Source: Eledone cirrhosa (Eukaryota). From it: DNA of 64,000 nucleotides. Location of the stretch: positions 38,812,001-38,876,000 of the forward strand of contig OZ024742.1 of assembly GCA_964016885.1 (NCBI GenBank). The letters run 5' to 3'. This document shows positions 38,951 through 52,298 of the stretch, one piece after another. The notes beneath the pieces were generated by a model. It did not search any database and was not told the origin of the DNA. It saw only the letters and a program-made list of their open reading frames with translations. Made by a program: the position numbers and the translations under genes. Each line of letters starts with the position of its first letter. The first letter of the stretch is position 1.

Positions 38951-39393
38951 GACGACCGAGCCTGAACTGTGGTGTCCCAAGACACCTGTAGGGCCAAATC
39001 CTTCACCAGATGTTTTTCCAGAGCCCTTATTATCTATTATTCTAAAATTTTGAGCGTTCATTTTCACCAGGTCATCTTTTAAGGCTACAGTCAGCCATTC
39101 ACATCATTTAAATATACTATGATATCAAGTGATGTCTGTGCACGGAGCGTTTTATAGTGAGGAACAGCCTTGCACTGGATCAATCTCACTCACTGAGGAA
39201 GAATAGCTATAATCCGAAATGAAGAACAGATTAACATTGAGCAGCAGGTTTTACATCAGAGTTTCCCTCTCCTAGAGAGATATCCTAACGAGTATCAGGG
39301 GGTCTCTCACTACCAGTGGACTTACTACGTACTCAGACACCAACCTAAGTATTTCTATGTCCCTGCACATAATATATATATGTAAAGACACAT

Positions 39394-39434
<41 letters not shown>

Positions 39435-40178
39435 AATATATGTACATACTACTGGATGGTCTTTGACCCTCTTAAGTTCCACATACTCGCGTATCATAAA
39501 CGTAGTTCTCAGGGAGATTCAGCGTGACATATAAGGTGACATGGCTGGCCCTTCGAATAACAGGTACAACTTAATATTGCCAGCTGAGTGGACTGGAGCA
39601 ATGTGAAATAAAGTCTTTTGCTCAAGGAAACAACGTGACACCGGAATCGAACTCACGACCTTACGATCGTGATCCGAATACCATAACCTTCACATGCATA
39701 CATAATTACATGCACATATACACACATATACACACACATTCACACACAAACAAATACAGGCATACATACGTATTTACCTAGTTGCTGTCGAAATTTCAAT
39801 GAAAGATGGTTCTCTCTATTGGTGAAGATTTATAAAATAACAAATCAGAAGAACATACATACAAACTATTGAAGACCAATGACTGAGAGCAGTAAAATAA
39901 TGAAAAATACTGTATCATACTGTAAAATACCATAAAATATTATACTTTAAAATAGCAGTATTGGATATTTGTTTTTGAATGATAATTAGATGGTAATTTA
40001 AATATTTATTTTGGCATCTTCAATGGTTAATCAATTTATATGGAGACAATGTCGATTTATCACTTCATCTTCATTAAATTCAAGATAAAGCGGCCTGAAT
40101 ACAAGAAAGTGGATGAAGATGGAAAGAAAATTGTATTAGATGCACAGGCTTACATATACACACTCGCATATATATACA

Positions 40179-40278
40179 CAGGGTGTCCCCCCCAAAAATG
40201 TATACACACTCCAACAGCATTCTAATAAATATTGCCTGTACAGGTAATCAAAGTTTGTATACATTTTTTGAGGACACC

Positions 40279-40281
<3 letters not shown>
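40179..40281. mobile_element. Tc1/mariner-type MITE
   Basis: TIRs CAGGGTGTCC..AAAAATGTATACA / TGTATACATTTTT..GGACACCCTG. Confidence 0.75.
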
Positions 40282-40329
<48 letters not shown>

Positions 40330-40332
<3 letters not shown>

Positions 40333-40742
40333 TTTTTTTAGTATGTGTTGGTTGTTTACCAACACCCTAGTACACAGGTTGGAGCACTCGACGAAGTACT
40401 CAGGCTGGTTTGTTTACTCCGGAGTAATGTAAAATAAAATGTGTAAGTCAAACATGTTCAAGTTGGGTTCGTTTATTCTAATTCTCTGCTATATATATTT
40501 CAGAGGAACTGGAATCATAGATACCATTCCAGTTCCTCTGGAATCCTAGATATGATTCTGAGGACTAACAACATACCCAAGAGCTGGACATATCGATGAA
40601 TTAACAGTGGAACACATTACAACACCATGTTTACCTGTTTTTTCTTCATTAATTCTTACTGGCTGTCACTGAAATATATATAGCAGAGAATTAGCATAAA
40701 CGAAGCCAACTTTAACATGTTTGACTTACACATATTATTTTA
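40330..40742. mobile_element. Asymmetric palindromic copy of the 11334-12060 HHR family
   Basis: Arms about 40431-40503 / 40668-40742 containing the HHR 3' half (CUGAAAUAUAUAUAGCAG); tail 40330-40430 on the left; TA tracts on both sides. Confidence 0.8.
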
Positions 40743-40754
40743 TATATATATATA

Positions 40755-40944
40755 GGCGGTGAATTGGCAGTATCGGTAGAGGGTCGGACACCATGATTTG
40801 ACGCATAGAGTTACGGCTCTTGCCATACTGAGTTCAAATCCCGCCGAGGTTAACTTTGACTTTCATCCTTACGGGGTCGATAAAATAAAGTACCAGTAAT
40901 GTACTGAGTAATTGCTGGCCTTGTGCCAATAGTAGAAACAATTA
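40755..40944 (+). mobile_element. Nin/Deu-type tRNA-SINE
   Basis: Full-length family copy. Confidence 0.8.
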
Positions 40945-40972
40945 TTTTATATATATATATATATAGGTTTTG

Positions 40973-41006
40973 CCGTCTGAAGAGCTCAGTGAAATATTTA
41001 TAACGG
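40973..41006 (+). ncRNA. Very small type I hammerhead motif (34 nt)
   Basis: CCGU-CUGAAGA-GCucaGU-GAAA-UAUUUA-UA^ACGG; inverted partial copy at 41058-41097. Confidence 0.65.
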
Positions 41007-41425
41007 AGTTTTAAATAAACCTGAATCAATTGATTATGGCCTCCGATCTATTATTATTATATATTTCACTGAGCTCTTCAGACGGCAAAACTTATATAAA
41101 CTTGAAAGCATTGAAAGTTCCCTAAAAAAAGAAAAAGATCCTTAAGTTAAAAAAAAATCCAATAACTTCCTCGAAAAAGATTTTCTTTTCTTGATATAGG
41201 GGCCTGCCGAATGCGCGGTGTTGTTTCTTCGACGGCCCCTGCATGATCCTAGAATTTTGGTGGAAGTGTTGGTCAGATCAGGTCCACGTATCCCTGTTCG
41301 GTTATTCAGTTGATGAAAGTTGATCGATCATATAATTTGCCGACCTTTTCGTAAACAGACTACAAAGCACTCTATGATTTGTATTCTTTAGAATTTTCTC
41401 GGTAGGGTATCAACCGGAGTTTCAA

Positions 41426-41610
41426 TATAATGAATAAGAAAGACGGTATTATTCGTACTTCTTCTTTTTATTACATAATCCTATTATACGCATTTCGAAG
41501 ATGTCAGAGTGATTACATAATAACCCTCTGACATGTTCGGAATACGTATAATAGAATTATGTAATAAAAAAAAAGATGTACGAATAAAAGCATTTCTATT
41601 ATTCCTTATA
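41426..41610. repeat. Degenerate fold-back (about 90-bp arms) ending in (TA)n
   Basis: 41426-41515 pairs with 41521-41610; contains HHR-like 3' half CGAAAUGCGUAUA. Confidence 0.7.
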
Positions 41611-41624
41611 TATATATGTATAGA

Positions 41625-41811
41625 GGCGGTGGATTGGCAGTATCGGTAGAGGGTCGGACGCCATGCTTTCCAGCATAGTTACGTCCCTTTACGATCTGAG
41701 TTCAAATCCCGCCGAGGTTGACTTTGCCTTTCATCCTTACGGGGTCGATAAAATAAAGTACCAATAATGCACTGGGTAATTGCTGACCTTGTGCCTAAAG
41801 TAGAAACAATT
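41625..41811 (+). mobile_element. Nin/Deu-type tRNA-SINE
   Basis: Full-length family copy. Confidence 0.8.
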
Positions 41812-42581
41812 ATATATATATATGTATATATATGTGTCTGACTGTGTTTGTATACATGTATGTTTGCACCGTATCCTGTCTTGTTTCCAGTCGAAAGACA
41901 CATGTTATCCCCTGTCTCTATGTTGTGTTGTCTCATATGAATCATTCCAGCGGCTTGTTTAACGCCGTCTTGCAAGCTGGGCTCACTATGATGCAATACA
42001 ACCATTATGCACGAAATTGCATTGTCCACTCTCTAGTCTATTTTCGTCTCAGTACCGGTTGAGTAAGCGTCAACGGATGAGGGATTAACCAAACTCGAAA
42101 CAGCTGTCTGGCATTCTTGACTGTCACTGAGATATCCGTGACATGTTCAGTAAGCAAAAAAGAGAAAAATAAATTTTTCATGAGGAAAAACAAATATTTT
42201 TTTTGATAGGGAGGCTCTTATATGTTTATTGACGAACGCGAGAATGAGTAGTCAATACCATTATAGTGTTATGTGTGTATTAAACCTTAAAGTGCTCAAT
42301 ATGCACTCGCCTGGGAATGTGTAGAGCTTGGTATATAAGTGTATTTATCTTTAATGGAGGCGTATAGAAGCCAAGTATCAGCGAGTCCACACGGATTAAC
42401 ATCCACTGGGCGTGAAACCAAAATATGAATATAATGATATAGTTACAAATTATACACAAACATACATACATACACATACATACATGTACTCACATATATA
42501 CAGACACGTATACAAGTTTACGCACGCGTGCATGCACATACATATGTATACACACATACATAGACAAACGCATGTGTACAT

Positions 42582-42654
<73 letters not shown>

Positions 42655-43031
42655 CTCGTTTACGCACGCAGAGACATGCGTACATATACATGCACATACA
42701 CTCTCACATTTACATCCACATACACATTTATACAAACCCACGCACACTTAAACACATGCGCCCACACTCACATTTGTACACACATACACACATACACACA
42801 TTTATACATACAAATACATTCATGCACACACATACATGCACATACATCTATATATACACAAATACAGACACATACACGTACGTGCACACACAACATACAC
42901 ACATACGCCGCCATATACACACATATATTCACACATACACATGCATATACACGCACACAAACACATACATATCCACACCTACATGCACACACAAAACGCA
43001 CACATTTATACACATACATACGCAGACATAT

Positions 43032-43068
<37 letters not shown>

Positions 43069-44101
43069 TACACGCACACACATACACAGATACATACACT
43101 CAAAATTTATACACACGCACATTCACATTGACACACACACACATTCAAAATTATTCACACACATAGACATTTAAATACATACATACACATACATAGCCAT
43201 TTAAATGCATACATAGACATTTAAATACATACATACATACATACATACATAGACATACGCACATACAACATACATATACATATTTTCTTTTTGGTGCTTA
43301 AAAAAAAAAAGAAAAGAAAAGAAAGCAAAATAAGCAAAAAAAAAATGTCTACTAGTTTCACACTGACAGACTCCGGTTTATATAAACATATGTTTCGTCA
43401 ATCTGAAATTTTAAACCTTAAAGGCTAAAATAAATAAATAAATAAATAAATGGCTATGTGATTAAGGAGTTCGTTTCGCAGTCATGCGGTTCAGAGTTCA
43501 GTTCCTTTTCTCGGCACCTTGAGCAAATCTCTATAGCCTTCTCCTATAGTAAGTGGAATTTGGTAAATGGAAACTACAGAAGTTCGTTATGTGCATGTCT
43601 GTATGTACGTGTGTACGTATGTATGTATGTATGTATGTATGTATGTATGTATGTATGTTCTTCTGGTTTTATAATTTCACAAATTTTTGCCAATAGAGAG
43701 AGAGAGTCGGTTTCTAACATAGACACAAGACTCTTTCATTGGAATTTACACAACATCAACTAGGTAGATATGTCTGCATGTCTGCATGCATGCATGTGTA
43801 GGTATGGATGTTATTGTATGTGTGGATGTGGATGTTTTGAGTTGTATGTGTGCATGTGTATATGCTTTGTATCTGTACATGTGTATTATTAGATGCAACA
43901 TTTTTGGAATGGTTTACATATTTTTACTGTTCCATTAATGGATTGTACTTGTAATTTCCTAACTAGTTGTGTTCTTTCTGTTCCTGTGAAGCCCAGCTTC
44001 TCAAGATTTGTATTGAGGCAGTTACTAACATACCCCAGTGCCCTACAGGCATAAATCACAGGCATAAATCTGAAGGTCTGTATGTATGTATGTATGTATG
44101 C

Positions 44102-44644
44102 ATGTCGGGTCTCTTGAGTGCTACTGGTAACATGTAACCCAGTACAACCTGTCGCATGGTCGGGTCGTCGGCGACTAAACCGGCAACCCCACTAAGTTTA
44201 CTTGGTGAGGAGGGTGATTTTGGACACCCTGCAGGACAAAAAACAAAACCTGACAAAGGGCGGAAGAACTCATAAGAGTCAACAGCCATCTGAAAGTGTG
44301 TAAATAGGTATATACACATGTACCGCGCGGTTAAACCACTGGGAGTGAAGGACCCCTAGCCTTTCTCAGGGTATTCTTCTAGGAGAAGGCAACTCAGGAA
44401 ACTGAGATAACTCCGATATAAAACCTGCGGCTCAGTAGTTACCGATGATGTTGATCTTTTCTTCTTTTCGGGTTATAGCTACTGTCGCTCAGAGAGTGGG
44501 ATTGGCTCAGTGCACAGTCTTTCCTCACCTTAAAAAATATCTTCATGCACAGGCATTGCACGATAGAATTAATAAATAATTATTAATAATGGTATATCGT
44601 GCAATGGCCATACTCGATAACGAGGGGGCAGCCATTATCATCAT
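44102..44644 (+). mobile_element. Diverged subfamily of the 610-bp RTE-derived element
   Basis: Colinear similarity to 44703-45312; (TATG)n on both sides. Confidence 0.75.
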
Positions 44645-44702
44645 GTATGTATGTATGTATGTATGTATGTATGTATGTATGTATGTATGTATGTATGTAT
44701 GT

Positions 44703-45765
<1,063 letters not shown>

Positions 45766-46442
45766 GTATGTATATATGCCCTAACATGACCGCAGTCTAT
45801 GATTAAAACTAGTAAAAGTTAAAAAATAAATGACATGAATAAATAAATAAAGTTCATAAAATTCTTATCTCTGATGCAAACTCCTATTTCTTTCTCCTCT
45901 TTCTAATCACTTCGCCATCTATATTTACAGAGGAAAGGTGTGATGAAGACATATTGGTTGAAAGGAGAGCAGGTTACACGAAGAGAACAACCAGACACAA
46001 ACAGTTTAACGGCAATGTCAAAGCTGATGAGATAAATGTAGAGGATGGGTGGGAGGGAGAAGAGATAGGAAGAAGGAGAGAGAGAGGGACTGAGAGGATG
46101 AGGGAGAGGAGGGGATAGAAGAAAGAAAGGGAAAGGAGGGGAGAAGAGATAGGAAGAAGGAGAGATAGAGAGAGATAGAAACTAAGAGAGGGAGAGGAAG
46201 AGGAAGAGAGAGAGAGAGAGAAGGAGAAGAAGAGAGAGAGAGACAGAGATAGAGGGGAAAAGAGGGGAAAAGAAAGAGAGAAAGGGAGAGAAAGAGAAAG
46301 AAAAAGAGAGAAAGAGAAAGAAAAAGAGAGAAAGAGAAAGAAAAAGACAGGAAGAAAGAAAGACAGGGCGAAGGAAAGAAAGAGAGCGAGTGAGTGAAAG
46401 GAGAGAGGGAAAGAAAAGGAGAGAGAAAGAAAACCAAACAGA

Positions 46443-46556
<114 letters not shown>

Positions 46557-46600
46557 TGACTAAAGATAAGCAAAACATCAGAAAGAGACAGACACAGATA

Positions 46601-46755
46601 GAGTTACATGAGTTGTGAAGTTACATGAGTTGTGAAGTTACATGAATTGTGAAGTTACATGAATTGTGAAGTTACATGAGTTGTGAAGTTACATGAGTTG
46701 TGAAGTTACATGAATTGTGAAGTTATCTGAATTGTGAAGTTACATGAATTGTGAA
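46601..46755. repeat. 17-bp minisatellite, about 9 copies
   Basis: (GAAGTTACATGARTTGT)n. Confidence 0.95.
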
Positions 46756-47187
46756 AAAAATAAATAGTTTAGTTGGTGTTGAAGATAGAATTGATTGATT
46801 AATTGATGATTATGGTTTTTACAGTTGACACGTATGTAGGACTACTACGATGTTGTCTCATAGTGGGTTTCTTAGGTGTTTTAATCACAGGGCCTCAGTC
46901 CTATCATGTCGTTACAGATCAAATCTATGTAGTTTTAACTGGCTCACTACGAGATTGTATCTCAGATGAGGTTTCTCGGGTGTTTTAATGATAGGGCCTC
47001 CAGTTCTATCAGGAAAAGCAATATGAAACGAAGCGTCTTGCTCAAGAACAAAAGGTGCCACGCGGTTCAGGAACTTACACTCTTATGATCGTGAGTTCAT
47101 TCATCACTCTAACTCATTAGGTTGATGGATGTACTCTCAACTGGCTAATGTATTCCAAATTGATCCAGACAGTTTGGGTACTATTTA

Positions 47188-47381
47188 CCGACCTGTCAAC
47201 TCTCCCCGTCCGGCAGGGAGATCTCCCACTCACTTTGGGGTGGGTGAGAGATGTATTTTCGTGAGAAAATGGATATAGCTTTCATTATGTAAAATTTCCC
47301 CATTTTGCTTCATTTCTCCTCGTTTTGGGGTACTTTTTTCAAGGTACTCCCCGTTTGGGTTTTTAGAGGTTGGCAAGTATG
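47188..47381 (-). mobile_element. Third copy of the 195-bp MITE
   Basis: Similar to 34368-34562; flanks TATTTA / TTTTTA (5 of 6 match). Confidence 0.8.
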
Positions 47382-49462
47382 TTTTTAAGCGTTGTGATTA
47401 TAGAATTAACATGTGACCACAGTAGATCGAGGTTCAGGGTCACAGCAGGCTGTATCGATGACGAATAGTCTTAATACATCCTGATTCTGCCCACCTAGCT
47501 ATTGATAAATGCTACTGGGGGAGCACAGTTAACCACCTTAAATAACGGGCACACTATATAATTTACGCAAGTTTTATTAGATAGTTGGCAGTTTGGAATC
47601 CAACTGTTCCCATTGGTATATTTTGGAGAGGCTCCTCAGCATGATTTGTAAATATACTTCATTTTTGAAAGGGCTTTAGTGCTGACATATTGACTAAATG
47701 CTTTATGAGATTTTGCTGCGTACAGAAATTGTTCTATTTAAACATTATCGACTTTAGCTCTTTTATTGGCATATTTCTAATAGGAAACATTATTTCTAAT
47801 TTCCAATTGATTTTGAAAATATTAAAAAATCTGGAGGAATTTTGTGAAATAATTAACTTTTTCATTATTAAGCTGGTGTTTGAAAGATTACTTAACAAAA
47901 AGTTCTTACATGAAATTATGATAGAAGGTTTTTACATAAATATAAACACTTTAAAATAAATTGTTTTGCATCATAGAATCAGGGCGTTTCAGGTGGTTTC
48001 TTATTAAAAAAGTCAAAATGATCCGAACTGGTTTCACCACATTAATGAAGGTTTGAAGTTCGAACTAAATTGATGGTGATGAAATACACGTTTTTTTTTC
48101 AACTTACACCTGAAACCTAATACTCGTACATGTTAGTGTTAGCTTTGTATGTATTTGATATTCGTTTAACGCAACCACTTATGACAGGCTCTATTTCACT
48201 GTTGATAGGTTCTATTTCAGATCATTAGGCAGTCGTTATATTTTCAGTGTCCTTTTAACCCTTTAATGACCGTATGTATTTTAATTAATAAAGAATATAG
48301 AGGTATTTACTAAGATTATTAATCATTTTATTATCAAGATGGTGTTTGTAAGATAACTTAACGAAAGGTTCTTATCTTAAATTATGTTGGAAGATTTTAA
48401 TATTAGAAGTCCTAGATAGGGCTCGGCACTTAGAAAAGCAGGTTCATGCTGTCCAGCGGCGAGTCGATACCATCACACACAAAAAAAAAACATTGAAGGT
48501 AGTGTCCTAGCATTAGTACAGTCTAATAACTGAAATTATCAAAAACAAAAAGAAAGGAAAACAACAACAACAAAAATTAAAAATTAAAGAATTAACGCAC
48601 ATTCATATAACGACATATGGTATATGTGTACGTATATGTCAGATCTGGACACAACATGACCGAATGGATAAGAAGTTCCCTTCACAATCATTAATTTTTC
48701 AGTTCGACCCCACTGTGTGGTATTATAGGCCAATGTCATTTACTATAGCCTGAAGTCAACCTATGTCGTGTAAGTGTAATTGGGTGGTTGGAAACCCGTC
48801 CGATTGACTGTAACCATAAATTCAAAGTGTTGGCCTTGTCACATGCTGTATCCCACTATACACGTGTCTGTAGAATGCTCAGCCACTTACCATTAATTTC
48901 AGGAGCAGTCTGTTTTGTCCATCGATCAACAGGAACATTTATTATCGAAACCGATGCGGCCCATTTAATATGTCATATACACAAATACATAGTTTATTGA
49001 ATTGAATTCAATCGTCACCTCAACTTATTTTTATGGTCACGTAACTCCTGATAGAGTCGTAGGGGCGTCGTATTGATTTACGGCGTTTCTTGGGCATTTT
49101 AAGCCTGGCGGAGCCCATCCCTCTCCAGGCCTGAGTACAGCAGATTTTTTCCTGAGAGAGAAAGAAACGACCCTAGTACTAGACTCGTACTTTTTTTTAT
49201 CGACCTCGAAAAGATTAAAGGCAAAGTTGACCTCGGCTGGATTTGAACTGAGAGAGGAGTGAGCTGGAACGAATACCATAAAGTATTCTATCTGACGTTC
49301 AAAAAACTCTGCCAATTCGCCGTCATACCATCTCAACTTATATAGACTACAAAACATCGTGCGTGTACTATGTATGTATGTATGTATGTATGTATGTATG
49401 TATGTATGTATGTATGTATGTATGTATGTATGTATGTATGTATGTATGTATGTATGTATGTA

Positions 49463-49495
<33 letters not shown>

Positions 49496-49511
49496 ATATA
49501 TGTATGTATAT

Positions 49512-50123
49512 ATGTCAGGTCACCAGTTGGTGCTGCTGGTAACATGTATCCCAGTACAACCTGTCTCATGGTCGGGTCGTTGGCGACTAAACTGGCAACC
49601 CCACCAAGGTTTCTTGGTGAGGAGGGTGACTTTGGACATCCTGCAGGACTAAAAACAAAACCTGTCAAAGGGCAAAGGAGCTCATAAGAGTCAATGGCCA
49701 TCCAAAATCACCGGGAGAGATGACCCCTTAGCCTTTGTCAAGGCAGAATTCTAGGAGAAGGAAAACTCTGATATAACACCTGCAACCCTGATGGTATCCA
49801 ATGATGTTGACTTGTTCTTCTTTTTGGTAAATATCATCTTGGTTAAGAGAGTGGGACTGGCTTTGTGCAGTGCCTTTGCTCACTATAAAAGCTTCACGGC
49901 ACAGGCATTGCTTTATATCTAGAGATCTCTCTGCACTTGTCGTCACATGGTGCCATGGGCCCAGCACTATGTGTCAGTAATTGTCACAAGTGTAGTGTTT
50001 GTACCAGAGTTTTCAAGTCGCTGGCTGGACTAAAAAGTCACACTTGTTTAGCGCATCGGTAGGGGTTCTCCTACATGGATATAAAGTAGTGGCCGTACTC
50101 GAAAACGAGTTGGCAGCCACCAT
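49512..50123 (+). mobile_element. About 610-bp RTE-derived SINE-like element
   Basis: Near-identical to the other copies; between (TATG)n and (TG)n. Confidence 0.8.
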
Positions 50124-50142
50124 GTATGTGTGTGTGTGTGTG

Positions 50143-50230
<88 letters not shown>

Positions 50231-50516
50231 TCTGCCTGTCTGTGTGTGTGTATCTGCCTGCCTGCCTGCCTCTCTCTCTCTCTCTGTATAATGAACCACA
50301 ATCGGTTCCGACGACGAGTGTTTCAGTTGTTCCAACAACAGAATATCCTACTCAAGAAATTAACGTGCAAGTCTTTACAGAAAGTAAGGGAAAGTGGTAA
50401 GTGTGTGTGTATGTGTGTGTGTGGCTGTGTGTATGTGGCTGTGTGTGTGTGTGGCTGTGTGTGTGTGTGGATGTGTGGTTGTGTGGCTGTGTGTATGTGG
50501 CTGTGTGGTTGTGTGG

Positions 50517-50568
<52 letters not shown>

Positions 50569-50656
50569 CTGTGTGTGACTGTGTCTGTGTGTGTGTGGCT
50601 GTGTGGTTGTGTGGCTGTGTGTATGTGGCTGTGTGGTTGTGTGGCTGTGTGTGTGT

Positions 50657-50687
<31 letters not shown>

Positions 50688-50834
50688 GCTGTGTGTGGCT
50701 GTGTGTGACTGTGTCTGTGTGTGTGTGGCTGTGTGACAGTGTGGCTGTATGTGTGGATGTGTGGGTAAGAGATGAAGGGAGGGAGAGACAAAGGTATTTA
50801 TATATTATTTGTGGACATATATATATATATATAT

Positions 50835-51038
50835 ATATTGTTATACTTTGGGAGGGTCATATTGCCAATAAGAAACACACGCACCAGTTGCTTTCACTTC
50901 AATTTATTATAATAAATTGAAGTGAAAGCAACTGGTGCGTGTGTTTCTTATTGGCAACATGGCCCTCCCAAAGTATAACAATATCGGTTTCAACACACGA
51001 TTTCAGATAAAGAATCTTGCTAAACAAATTCAGAAACG

Positions 51039-51040
<2 letters not shown>
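50835..51040. mobile_element. Miniature zero-spacer palindrome of a PLE 3' end related to 127-6577
   Basis: 75-bp arms 50835-50909 / 50910-50984 (2 mismatches); shares ATATTGTTATACTT.GGGAGGGTCATAT and a tail (50985-51040) similar to 127-167. Confidence 0.85.
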
Positions 51041-51091
<51 letters not shown>

Positions 51092-51263
51092 CTATAGAAA
51101 AAAAAATAAAATGTCATATTGATCTTTCATACTTGGTGGTTGTTTCTAATTAGCCACAGAAAGGTCAATTAGTCAATAACAAAACATTATTTTGTGCCGA
51201 CAAACTGTATGAGTTCGTCATTCAATGCAATGTTTAGTATATTTACTGCAAAAAATATATAAA

Positions 51264-51301
<38 letters not shown>

Positions 51302-51689
51302 GTATGTGTGCACGTACAACTGTGCGTGAACCTTGTTGAAAACTGCGCCAAGCGTTAATAGCGAAGACGCCAAAATTTGGCGTGTTAAGACAAGACAGTC
51401 ACTCACTCGGCGAATTCGCCTTTAGCAAGCAAGTCATTTAGCTTAATTAGAACTGAATATAATACATGGACTACTGAAATCATTCCTAATTATTTATTAA
51501 GTTGATATGAGCGTCTGGTCGACGACAAGAGGGCGAAATATTAGCAGTGAAGTAGACATTGTAACGTTACAGATGTGTGTATTACGGCATCACCTGTACC
51601 TGTCACATTCCCTTACTGGCTTCTCCCACTTTTATTATCTATACACACATATAAACACACATATAAACACACATATATATACAGACACA

Positions 51690-51785
<96 letters not shown>

Positions 51786-51793
51786 CACACACA

Positions 51794-51831
<38 letters not shown>

Positions 51832-52235
51832 CAGACGCATGCGCACACATATTATTGATGCCATGTGAGATAACGAAATAATGAGATTTGCTTGTTATTA
51901 CAAATTATTTCATATAACATCTAATGGAGACATTTTGTAATTATATATTCCTATGTCTTTTATCGTCATTTATTACTCGTAATTTAGCGAAAATTCCCCA
52001 AACATTTTTATTGGGGAAAATAAAAAAGAAATAGTTCATTGTTGTTGTTGTTGTTGTAGTTGGTAGTAGTGTTTTTGTTGCTGCTATTTTTGTTTTTGTT
52101 CAGCTTTGGAGAAAGTGTAGCGGCTTTCTGTGTAGAATTGGGGGAAAATCTTGTATTTTTTCTAAAGACTTAAAAGAACGGAGTTAGCAATAAACCCCTC
52201 TCTCACTTTCTCACACGCACACTCACGACAGAGAG

Positions 52236-52298
<63 letters not shown>

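Noticed and set aside
51300-51600. Host promoter (CpG-richer patch with E2F-like TTTGGCG; also GCGCATGCGC at about 19546)
   Set aside because: No downstream exon identifiable; short motifs alone are insufficient.
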